From IMG/VR virus record IMGVR_UViG_3300031621_000741, positions 1 to 31,711 of that record: 31,711 nt of DNA, one strand, 5' to 3'. Under the pieces are notes generated by a model. That model was not told where the DNA came from. It did no database searches and saw only the letters and a list, made by a program, of their open reading frames with translations. The position numbers were made by a program, and so were the translations under genes. Source of the stretch: a virus (lineage: Duplodnaviria; Caudoviricetes). Numbering within the stretch: position 1 is the first letter of the stretch; the number at the start of each line of letters is the position of its first letter. Shown here piece by piece: positions 7,418 to 15,408 of the stretch.

Positions 7418-10087
7418 TTAATCTCCAAAATCAAATAAGCTTGAAAAAGTATTATGTCTTTTAGTATCTTCTAGTGGATAATTAAGTACTCCAATTAAAT
7501 TATCTAGTTTATTATCAATAATTACTTCGGCCATTGCTGAATCATCAAATGGAAGTTCTTTAAACCATTCCGGCATACGTAATTCATCTGTTGGATATGC
7601 AACACTTGTATAACCTAGTGGATTAGCTTTTAGTTTACAAACAATAACTTTCATACCGTCAACAATCTCTTGCGAATACTTGTCACCGTTCATACGTTTT
7701 AGTGTGTTCCAGTTAATGCTTGCTCGAACATGTCCAGGCATGTTAGCTCTACCTTGCTTCTCTTCTAAGCGGCGATAGTGTCCAACTTTGTTTGCACGTT
7801 TGGGAGATCCTTTCTCCCAACCTGGTCTTTCGTTAAACTCCAAACGAAACTGAGTAATTCTTTCAAGCACATCAGCTTGTTCAGCATCAGTAAGTACCAT
7901 AAGTAACAGTTCGCTTAAAAATTCTTGCATAAACACAGGCGTATCTGATCTACGCAAGTCTAACCCCATTGCTTTTACTTTGCCTTGTTTTCCGTCTGTA
8001 TCGCTGCGAAATCCTTCAATGTCGTATACTAATGCTGCATAACGTTTCTTAGTAATATACAATCCACTTTGTGCAACAATTTCTCTAGCTGCTGCAATAA
8101 CATCGCTACGACTTTTTGGACAGTGAAATGCTTGTAGCATAAAACTTGGAAAAGTAGTATTAGCAGCTTCGCATACTTGATCATATAATGTAATTACATT
8201 GTCTTTAGACCAAGGAATCTTTCCAGCATCAATATCATCTTTGAGTGTAGGGTATGCACTAAAGTAACAAGAGTCAGTATCGCCATATATCATTGCTTTA
8301 CCTACATGGTCATATTCACCTGTAATAGTCTTATTAACTTCTGCACTCATATGCTTAACAATAGTACGACCAGTTAGTGTTGTACTTTGTCCAATGCGCT
8401 TGTCAAAGAATCTACAACCTGGATTAAGGATAGCACCATACAAACTGTTTAAATTAATCTTCTTAACTAGTTGTCGTTTGTCCCAATACTCGGTCTCTGC
8501 TGCATTACCTGCATCTTTTGCTTTTTTTAGCATCTTCTGCAAGTCTTTACGTTCGCTATACCAACGTTTTAGTAGTCCTGGAATAACACCTTCAAACTCT
8601 GTTGTAAATATTGTTCCATTTGCACTTAGCATCCACGGTCGGTTGCTGTCAAATATTGCATTATATATTTCTGCACCACTTAATACTTCAGTATTACCAT
8701 TTTCAAACTCAACAGTAAGTGCAATGTCCTTACGCTTTTCCATAACTGCTTCGTATTCCTCAGTAGCAAAGCGTCCTTCCCAACTACCTGCAAACGATTT
8801 TTTCTTAAGAGTCATGTCTTCGTGTACACGAGCATTACTTATTTCTGGACGTATTTGTCCTATAACTGTCTCGGGTGCCATATTTAATGCACGAATTACG
8901 CTAGGATATAGTGAGTTCAAATCCATAGACGCAACCCATTTGTGCAAGCCCTTCTTTGGAAATGCAACATATGCGCCTGCTGCCTGAGTGGCTTCATCGT
9001 CACGTTTCTTACGATTAGGAACTTGCAATCCACGATAATGTGACTCATTAACAATAGCCTGTTCTGTAACAGCAACCGCTCCCATAGTTGTTTGCAACAA
9101 CACTGTATTCGCATGAGCAAGTTCATTACTTAGATCAATAAAACGTAGCTTCTTATCTAGTTTGTCAAGTAATGCAGTATCTTGGATGTTATATTCAATA
9201 AACTTTCTAAAGTCATTGTTGTATAATGAATCTAACGTACCTTCGTATGGTACCTTATTTTCACCAACTTCAACTTCGCCAATAGCATCAAGTCTATATG
9301 TATGACGCTCTTCGTATGTGTATTTACGATACAAGTTCAAACTGTCTAAATGTACCCGCCCAACTAAATCAAATGTTTGACTGGTCTTGCCATACTTTTC
9401 GTATTCTCTTTTTCTAGGCAATTGTCCCCATAGACAAAATCGTCTTGTATCATCTTTACTAAGTACACGACTAGTTCTATTTACAGTGTACGGAATATCG
9501 TAACCTTCGCTGTTCCAACCTGATAAAATGTCAGCATCTTCAATTAATGTTAAAAAAGTGTCAATCATTTCACTTTCTTTTTCAAACAACATTACATTAT
9601 CAATACCTTCAAGTTCGGCTTTAGCTTGATCCATTGTAAGGGTCTTTGGCGGTACAGCCAAGCATATCATTGTTTCTAACCATTGTAGATAAACTGATAT
9701 TGAAGTAATTGGCATAAACGGATCACTAGGATCAGCAAAGCCTCTCTCTGGATCAAAATCAGTTTCAATATCAAAAAAACAAATGTTTAACTTTGGTGCA
9801 TCTTGATTAAGATAGTTTTCACTTAAACATTGAAATATAGGATTAATGTCGCTTTCAAATAATTCTTTATCTCTATTAATTGCAACTTCTTTACGAAAGT
9901 CTTTAGTGTTTTTACATACTACCCGTGTTAGTGGGTCGCCATAGATACTCTTGTACTTTCCTTTAACATCTTTATAGTAGAATGTATATTTAGATTGATA
10001 TTCTCGGTACAATCTCTTACCGTCTTTACGTTCAACTACTCTAATAATATCAGAGTCTCTGTCGAAATAACCATCGACGTATGCCAT
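7418..10087 (-). CDS. polB: family B DNA polymerase with 3'-5' exonuclease
   Basis: FDIETD (ExoI), GWNSEGYDIPY (ExoII), YNIQD (ExoIII), DLNSLYPS, KINLNSLYG, YGDTDS, KKRY. No intein-sized insertion. Confidence 0.97.
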   Translation of the reverse strand: MAYVDGYFDRDSDIIRVVERKDGKRLYREYQSKYTFYYKDVKGKYKSIYGDPLTRVVCKNTKDFRKEVAINRDKELFESDINPIFQCLSENYLNQDAPKLNICFFDIETDFDPERGFADPSDPFMPITSISVYLQWLETMICLAVPPKTLTMDQAKAELEGIDNVMLFEKESEMIDTFLTLIEDADILSGWNSEGYDIPYTVNRTSRVLSKDDTRRFCLWGQLPRKREYEKYGKTSQTFDLVGRVHLDSLNLYRKYTYEERHTYRLDAIGEVEVGENKVPYEGTLDSLYNNDFRKFIEYNIQDTALLDKLDKKLRFIDLSNELAHANTVLLQTTMGAVAVTEQAIVNESHYRGLQVPNRKKRDDEATQAAGAYVAFPKKGLHKWVASMDLNSLYPSVIRALNMAPETVIGQIRPEISNARVHEDMTLKKKSFAGSWEGRFATEEYEAVMEKRKDIALTVEFENGNTEVLSGAEIYNAIFDSNRPWMLSANGTIFTTEFEGVIPGLLKRWYSERKDLQKMLKKAKDAGNAAETEYWDKRQLVKKINLNSLYGAILNPGCRFFDKRIGQSTTLTGRTIVKHMSAEVNKTITGEYDHVGKAMIYGDTDSCYFSAYPTLKDDIDAGKIPWSKDNVITLYDQVCEAANTTFPSFMLQAFHCPKSRSDVIAAAREIVAQSGLYITKKRYAALVYDIEGFRSDTDGKQGKVKAMGLDLRRSDTPVFMQEFLSELLLMVLTDAEQADVLERITQFRLEFNERPGWEKGSPKRANKVGHYRRLEEKQGRANMPGHVRASINWNTLKRMNGDKYSQEIVDGMKVIVCKLKANPLGYTSVAYPTDELRMPEWFKELPFDDSAMAEVIIDNKLDNLIGVLNYPLEDTKRHNTFSSLFDFGD

Positions 10088-10110
10088 TTACTCTCCTAAA
10101 TACTTATTAA

Positions 10111-10377
10111 TTATGCGTCAGAATCGTAACCGACTGTTGCAACAATAGTCTCAAGATCGTCAAATTCGTCTTTTACTCTATTCCAGTCACGTTTTTGTGC
10201 AACTTTAATTGCTTTGTTGATCAAACTAGGTTTAATATTTAGTTCTTCGGCTACAGCCTTAACAGTATCTTTTAAAGAAGATTGTAAATCTTCTACTTCT
10301 TGCATTACGCTAACTGCTTCGCTTACAAGTCTTTCAAGTTTTGCCTTTTCGTCGACGCCATATACACGGTCGCTCAT
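10111..10377 (-). CDS. T4 DsbA/GapR-like small dsDNA-binding protein
   Basis: 88 aa helical protein, LKDTVKAVAEELNIKPSLINKAIKVA pattern, acidic tail; GGAGG SD. Confidence 0.6.
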   Translation of the reverse strand: MSDRVYGVDEKAKLERLVSEAVSVMQEVEDLQSSLKDTVKAVAEELNIKPSLINKAIKVAQKRDWNRVKDEFDDLETIVATVGYDSDA

Positions 10378-10402
10378 ATAGTTCCTCCATTAGTTTAAAT
10401 TA

Positions 10403-10431
10403 ATTATATAACATAGTTTAGTAAATGTCAA
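10403..10431 (-). promoter_or_regulatory. consensus sigma70 promoter TTGACA-17-TATAAT
   Basis: -35 at 10431-10426, -10 at 10408-10403; heads the DsbA-like/polymerase unit. Confidence 0.8.
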
Positions 10432-10436
10432 TGTTT

Positions 10437-11033
10437 TTATTTAACAAACGCACCAATACGTCCGTGTATGTCTGGATAATCTCTATATGTATATCCAGAA
10501 GGAGGAATTATACATTCTCCTTCCCATACTGGTATAAATTCATCAATGTTGCCATCAAAGTCTTCATTATGTCTAAAGTGAATTTCTATTACTTTGTTAT
10601 CTATGTATTCAACATTAATCCATTTATGATGTGCAAATGTACGCAGTTCAAATGGTAATGGAATATCGTCATTGGTGCGTACCCATTTATTCCAATGAAT
10701 AAATGTATCTGATTCTTTGTGGCCTTCGACACACAACTGCTGTACGCCGTAACGATAATCAACACTTAGATGTATTCCTTCAAACCATTCACACCAAAAA
10801 TGTCCAATAGGCAGATGCATTGTTTCTTTATCTAGCCATACTTGCTGTGCGCCTAGACCTAATCCTAGCATGTTAACACATGGTCGTACAATATAAACAC
10901 CAGCTACTGGAACATCTAAACCAGTAGGTCCACAATTGTATCCTAATTTACGAGACAGTATTAGTTTGTCTAACGCCCACAATTCGTTAGCATTAATATT
11001 ACGCCATACATAATCTTCAGCACTATCGTCCAT
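10437..11033 (-). CDS. hypothetical protein, possibly ATP-grasp-like
   Basis: YIVRPCVNMLGLG, FWCEWFEGIHLSVDY, INVEYIDNKVIEIHFR resemble ATP-grasp elements; weak. Confidence 0.6.
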   Translation of the reverse strand: MDDSAEDYVWRNINANELWALDKLILSRKLGYNCGPTGLDVPVAGVYIVRPCVNMLGLGLGAQQVWLDKETMHLPIGHFWCEWFEGIHLSVDYRYGVQQLCVEGHKESDTFIHWNKWVRTNDDIPLPFELRTFAHHKWINVEYIDNKVIEIHFRHNEDFDGNIDEFIPVWEGECIIPPSGYTYRDYPDIHGRIGAFVK

Positions 11034-11037
11034 GCAT

Positions 11038-11045
11038 TATTTATA
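11038..11045 (-). promoter_or_regulatory. T4-type late promoter TATAAATA
   Basis: Exact TATAAATA 4 nt upstream of the ATG at 11033; no SD. Confidence 0.5.
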
Positions 11046-11261
11046 CTACCATTTTTCGGTTGCAGTTATTACAGATCGTTTTTGACTGTCGACTGCATCT
11101 TTTATGCGTCTTAATTGATTAAGTTTTGCATGCCGTGGCGATGAAACTGATCTAACACTATTAAATGTTGAATTATTATATTCTTGGTTAAACGCTTCAA
11201 CAATTAATTTATCCAATACTGACAAATCATGCAGACTCAAATCACTTATCTTACTTACCAT
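11046..11261 (-). CDS. hypothetical protein, 71 aa
   Basis: AAGGAG SD; TAAATA motif at 11290-11285. Confidence 0.65.
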   Translation of the reverse strand: MVSKISDLSLHDLSVLDKLIVEAFNQEYNNSTFNSVRSVSSPRHAKLNQLRRIKDAVDSQKRSVITATEKW

Positions 11262-11325
11262 TATATGCTCCTTAATACTTGACGTATTTACATAATAGTT
11301 ACATGTTAGGCGCTAACATTGACAG

Positions 11326-12378
11326 TTATTGTAGTTTTTTTAATTTTTTAGATAACTTGGTTTTATATGCAGTTATAGCCGATTCACTCATAGTAACCAT
11401 TGGCATGTCAGCCTCGGACATACTAGACTGATCATAATCTATGCTATGATAAACTGAACTAATATAATCAGCTGATTTGGTAATTTTAGCCTGTTGCCAT
11501 CCTTCAATACCTTCAGCTTCACTCACATGCTTTAACATTTCGTGTAGCTTAATAGCATATTTTGCAAGTTTGTACAAGTCAGCTCTTGCCATTTGTACTT
11601 CATGATCACGTTCTACAATATCGGCCATACTACCAAGGCCTTCGTTTGTTAGTTCTGTTTCTATAAATGATTTACTTTTATCTACCTTTATCTCAGTCGG
11701 TCCAAATTTTTCCATGCTGCTTTCACTCTCTACCCAGTTACGGAACTTGTTAAACATGTCAGGCTCCATAACAAATTGTTTTAGCGCAGGACGATATGCT
11801 TGTAACATTTTTTTAGCAAGAGGTTGGTTGTTACGTGCTCTATCGGTTAAAAAGTTCATTATATTACGATTATCAATTGAAAAGTACTTTATAGTTTTTT
11901 CAGGATCTTGCCGACCTTTGCCTTTTGGTTCTACGTGTCCGAACGGAACACGTTTTTTGCCTGGGTCACCGCCGCCTGGATTTTCAGACTTTTCGTCTTC
12001 GGGTCTATATTTTACTTCAACTTTTTCAGCATATGCTTTGCTACTTAAAGTATCTAAAGCTTTGTCAAGATGAGGAAATACTTTTTCAGCAATTCTAGAA
12101 TTTTCAATATATAAAACTAATTTTTTAGGTATTCTAGTACCTTTAAATAATGATCGAACAGCATCTACAATAGCTTTATCAGTATTTAAATTCATAAATC
12201 TTACAGTGTCTTTGTCAACATCTTTTACATCCATTGGATTTTGTCTAAATCCTGCATAGGCCATTAATTTACCTTTGCCTTTATCCATAGTTTGTATTTT
12301 TTTAGCTCTGAATCGCATGTACATTATGCCATCGTTGTCTTCATCTAGGGTTGTGTGTATTTCACTGCTCATAATCAT
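11326..12378 (-). CDS. multi-module hypothetical protein, candidate internal virion protein
   Basis: TLDE, FIE and LTNE candidate processing sites; C-terminal helical module DHEVQMARADLYKLAKYA...WQQAKITKSADYISSV; GGAG SD and TAAATA upstream. Confidence 0.75.
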   Translation of the reverse strand: MIMSSEIHTTLDEDNDGIMYMRFRAKKIQTMDKGKGKLMAYAGFRQNPMDVKDVDKDTVRFMNLNTDKAIVDAVRSLFKGTRIPKKLVLYIENSRIAEKVFPHLDKALDTLSSKAYAEKVEVKYRPEDEKSENPGGGDPGKKRVPFGHVEPKGKGRQDPEKTIKYFSIDNRNIMNFLTDRARNNQPLAKKMLQAYRPALKQFVMEPDMFNKFRNWVESESSMEKFGPTEIKVDKSKSFIETELTNEGLGSMADIVERDHEVQMARADLYKLAKYAIKLHEMLKHVSEAEGIEGWQQAKITKSADYISSVYHSIDYDQSSMSEADMPMVTMSESAITAYKTKLSKKLKKLQ

Positions 12379-12393
12379 TACTCCTACAGTTAT

Positions 12394-12576
12394 TTATCTT
12401 TTTAGAGTTGTGCCTGTGAATAAGTTTGTATTCTTATTTAATGCATTATCAGTTGGTTTTTGCATTTTAGGTTTCTTTTTACTTCTTGCTACTGTAGGAT
12501 TAGCAACACTAGCAACGGCACCTGCCGAAGTTCCACCTGATGTAGCAGTTTCGTTTGTAATTTCGTGTATCTTCAT
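12394..12576 (-). CDS. small candidate internal virion protein (MKIHEITNE leader)
   Basis: Start moved to ATG 12576, just after the upstream stop; leader followed by Gly/Ala/Ser-rich and basic segments. Confidence 0.7.
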   Translation of the reverse strand: MKIHEITNETATSGGTSAGAVASVANPTVARSKKKPKMQKPTDNALNKNTNLFTGTTLKR

Positions 12577-12580
12577 TGGA

Positions 12581-13450
12581 TTAACCTTTATTGTTCTTAG
12601 GGTATACAACTTTTCCAATAGGTGATTCGATTTGAAGTATACGTGTTTTGCCTTTAAATTTTACATCTCTATCAATTCGTCTTGCAGCTTTTCCTGATTC
12701 TATACCATGGTTTTTTACATCAGGACTAACCTGTCTCATTAGTTTAGCTAATAAGTCTTCCATAGTTTCTCTAAATGTTTCGTATGCATCGTATTGAATT
12801 GCATTCCAACGATCTCTTGCATCATCGTTTTCACCAGCATTTTGAAGTAATTTTATTGCCATTTGTTTTATTATTGGCTCTGCTGCTTTGCGTGTTTGCG
12901 ATTGTCTGTTTAATATACGCATAGTTTCGTATGTGATCTTAGTTGCTGCATCATCTATGTTTTTGATCATCTGATCTGCTGCCCACCCTTGGTGAGGATA
13001 ACTTAGATCGGAATACCGATCTGGTTCAGGTTCTGGGTCGTCGCTAAATGGCCTTGGCTCTTTTCCTCTTGCAGGCGCCTTTTCTGACATAGTAACCATA
13101 ACCTTTTGTGATGCACGACTAATAGCAGCTACTAGGTCATCTTCGTCAATGTCAGCTGATCCTTTTACATACTGTATTGTAACTAAAGCCTTTTCGCCTC
13201 CGTGTGATCCAACTGCTTCGTCAGCAATAGTTTCTGCAAACTCTCTATTATGAGCAACATATACTCCGCCCATACTTTCTGTACTTGCACCATATGTGTC
13301 TGCACTGTATGTTTTCTTAGGAGGAGTTGCTAATAATCCATTTTTTAGTATACTACGCACTAAGTTGGTACTAGTACCGTGATACATTATTTCTGTACGC
13401 TGCTGTTGACGTTCATTTAAATGTACAAATATTATTTCTGAAAATCGCAT
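12581..13450 (-). CDS. ADP-ribosyltransferase-fold protein (H-Y clade) with MRFSEI...LNE leader
   Basis: MYHGTSTNLVRSILKNGL...GGVYVA...A pattern typical of PARP/diphtheria-toxin/Tpt1-like NAD-binding domains. Confidence 0.65.
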   Translation of the reverse strand: MRFSEIIFVHLNERQQQRTEIMYHGTSTNLVRSILKNGLLATPPKKTYSADTYGASTESMGGVYVAHNREFAETIADEAVGSHGGEKALVTIQYVKGSADIDEDDLVAAISRASQKVMVTMSEKAPARGKEPRPFSDDPEPEPDRYSDLSYPHQGWAADQMIKNIDDAATKITYETMRILNRQSQTRKAAEPIIKQMAIKLLQNAGENDDARDRWNAIQYDAYETFRETMEDLLAKLMRQVSPDVKNHGIESGKAARRIDRDVKFKGKTRILQIESPIGKVVYPKNNKG

Positions 13451-13974
13451 TAGGAAGCGCCTACTAATTTACCACGTAGAGGATGTTTGGTTTCGCCACT
13501 TCTACTAACCTTTGATTTCTTAGGCATAGGATCAGATCCTTTTGCATGATCGGCATGTTTATATTCACTTTCGGCGTGCATAGCTGCCATATGCTTTTTG
13601 TATTTTGCAGTACCTTTTTTATGCGGACTTTTACCTTCGTCAACTTTGTTCCACATTCTATCGCCAACTTTTTCAAAGTATCTTTTTATTACAACTCCGC
13701 CAAGAATGAGTGCAACTGCCATTCCAATTTCAAATTTATTTTCAATTAACATCTGAGCCATTTCTTCACCAATTTGGCCTTTAACCCATTCCCACCCTTG
13801 ATCAATTGCTGCAAGTGCAGCAGCACCTGTTGCTAGTTTTGTACCAAATTTACGCAATACCCATTTAAGAAACGGCCACGCTCCTTTTGCAATTACCCAC
13901 CGTAATACCCAAATAGCTGCCACAACTGGTAATGCTTCGTCAACTCGTTGTTCGGTAATTTCTTTAATTTTCAT
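13450..13974 (-). CDS. candidate internal virion protein with amphipathic/hydrophobic helices (MKIKEITE leader)
   Basis: VDE followed by ALPVVAAIWVLRWVIAKGAWPFLKW; second hydrophobic stretch IGMAVALILGGVVI; basic C-terminal modules. Confidence 0.75.
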   Translation of the reverse strand: MKIKEITEQRVDEALPVVAAIWVLRWVIAKGAWPFLKWVLRKFGTKLATGAAALAAIDQGWEWVKGQIGEEMAQMLIENKFEIGMAVALILGGVVIKRYFEKVGDRMWNKVDEGKSPHKKGTAKYKKHMAAMHAESEYKHADHAKGSDPMPKKSKVSRSGETKHPLRGKLVGAS

Positions 13975-14162
13975 CTTTGCCTCCGCAAGCCAGTGATAAC
14001 AGTTGATCTTCCGTATTGTGCTATTAGTATTGCTCTTGCTGATTGTATTGTTCTTGCACTAACCTGTACAGGAATTGTTTGAGAATAAAACTTCTGTTTA
14101 ACCTTTACATACGCTGTAAAGATACTAAACCCACCATTAACTTTAATTTCTCTTAATAACAT
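13971..14162 (-). CDS. small hypothetical protein (MLLREI leader)
   Basis: 63 aa; stop overlaps the next ATG (ATGA). Confidence 0.65.
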   Translation of the reverse strand: MLLREIKVNGGFSIFTAYVKVKQKFYSQTIPVQVSARTIQSARAILIAQYGRSTVITGLRRQR

Positions 14163-14432
14163 CTAGTATTTATTCCAATCAAAGAGTTTATGTTTTTCTT
14201 TTACAACTTCGTTTAATGTGTGGCCACCTTCGATTATTGCCCATTCGCTAGCAGTATAACGTACTTCTTTTACTTTACCGTTTGTGCGTAGGAAAGGAGG
14301 AACCCCGTTTTTTGTTACTTTATGACCAAGTTTGTTGGCTTCAATTGAAGTTTGATTAACACCTACATCAACTGTGGTATTAACACCCTTTACAATACGT
14401 CCAACAGCTTCATCTAAGTCATTTATTTTCAT
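14163..14432 (-). CDS. small hypothetical protein (MKINDLDE leader)
   Basis: GRIVKGVNTTVDV module; ATGA overlap with the upstream gene. Confidence 0.7.
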   Translation of the reverse strand: MKINDLDEAVGRIVKGVNTTVDVGVNQTSIEANKLGHKVTKNGVPPFLRTNGKVKEVRYTASEWAIIEGGHTLNEVVKEKHKLFDWNKY

Positions 14433-14629
14433 ATTGGTTTCTCGCCTGTTAAATGAGGCTGACTAAACCAAAGCTTAAACCATTCGTTAGTACCGGGTTT
14501 GATATTTTTTTTACGTTGTATCTGTGCCTTTTCGGTGCCAGTAACACTCATGTTCTCAGGAACATAAGTTGTGAACCCTGTAAACTTATTTTTAATACCA
14601 GCAAGGTGTTGTAAGTCTTCTATATTCAT
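14429..14629 (-). CDS. small hypothetical protein, 66 aa
   Basis: MNIEDLQHLAGI...IKPGTNEWFKLWFS; ATGA overlaps on both sides. Confidence 0.7.
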   Translation of the reverse strand: MNIEDLQHLAGIKNKFTGFTTYVPENMSVTGTEKAQIQRKKNIKPGTNEWFKLWFSQPHLTGEKPI

Positions 14630-15408
14630 TTTATTCTAGGTTCTACTGATCTCGGATTTTTTGATATCATTGGTCTTGGACGAAGATCCAAATTTGGCTT
14701 TAGTTTGTTAGCTTGTCTTATTTTTCCCGGAGTAGGCTTACCAGCAATAGGACCAGGATCAACAGGAGGTTTTTCTTTAGTCATCGGCGGTTCAGGTCGT
14801 TTTGCATCTGGATCAATGCCTTTGAATTTTCTATAAGCCTTTTTAAATACATTATATGTTAGTTTTACACCTTTAAGACCAGCTAGTGTCATAAGACCGT
14901 TTGCAGCATCGGCACCTAGTTTGTCTATAAGTTGGTCTTTGGTGATTTCTTTTTTCTCAAACTTTTTAAGAGCTTTGTACATTTGATAAGCTGTGTAAGT
15001 TACATTTGCTACTTCAAATACTCCTATTATCATAGGAATAATTGCTGGACCTGCTTCATTAAGTTTTGCTTCATTAATTTTATAACATTCACAATGTTCA
15101 CAGTCTTTACCACATGTACATTCTGTAACAGGTTCGCCGCAACATTTCTTGCTGCACATTTCAACACCATCTTTTGTCCATGTTTTTTTAGATTCTAAAA
15201 TGTAATCACCATCTCTGTGCATCTTAATACCAGACATTCCTTTTAGCATTGCTGGCGTAAGATTAACATCCATCTTTTTTGCAACTGCTTTAAGCGGATC
15301 AAACCCTGCGGCACCACCTTCATCTTTTAGTTTTTTCTTTAGTGCTGTAAGAACCTTGTTCATATTAGGCTTTGTTTCTTTAGCTTCTGTTATCTCAAAT
15401 ATTTTCAT
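14626..15408 (-). CDS. multi-module candidate internal virion protein (MKIFEITE leader) with an 8-Cys module
   Basis: Modules separated by ITE, ILE, INE and LNE; contains CSKKCCGEPVTECTCGKDCEHCEC. Confidence 0.75.
   Translation of the reverse strand: MKIFEITEAKETKPNMNKVLTALKKKLKDEGGAAGFDPLKAVAKKMDVNLTPAMLKGMSGIKMHRDGDYILESKKTWTKDGVEMCSKKCCGEPVTECTCGKDCEHCECYKINEAKLNEAGPAIIPMIIGVFEVANVTYTAYQMYKALKKFEKKEITKDQLIDKLGADAANGLMTLAGLKGVKLTYNVFKKAYRKFKGIDPDAKRPEPPMTKEKPPVDPGPIAGKPTPGKIRQANKLKPNLDLRPRPMISKNPRSVEPRIK

Noticed and set aside
7418-10087. Intein or intron in the DNA polymerase
   Set aside because: The ORF is continuous at 889 aa with normally spaced motifs and no splice-junction signatures.
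11303-11319. Hairpin ATGTTAG-GCG-CTAACAT as an intrinsic terminator
   Set aside because: AT-rich 7-bp stem with no clear U-tract on the coding strand; possible but unsupported.
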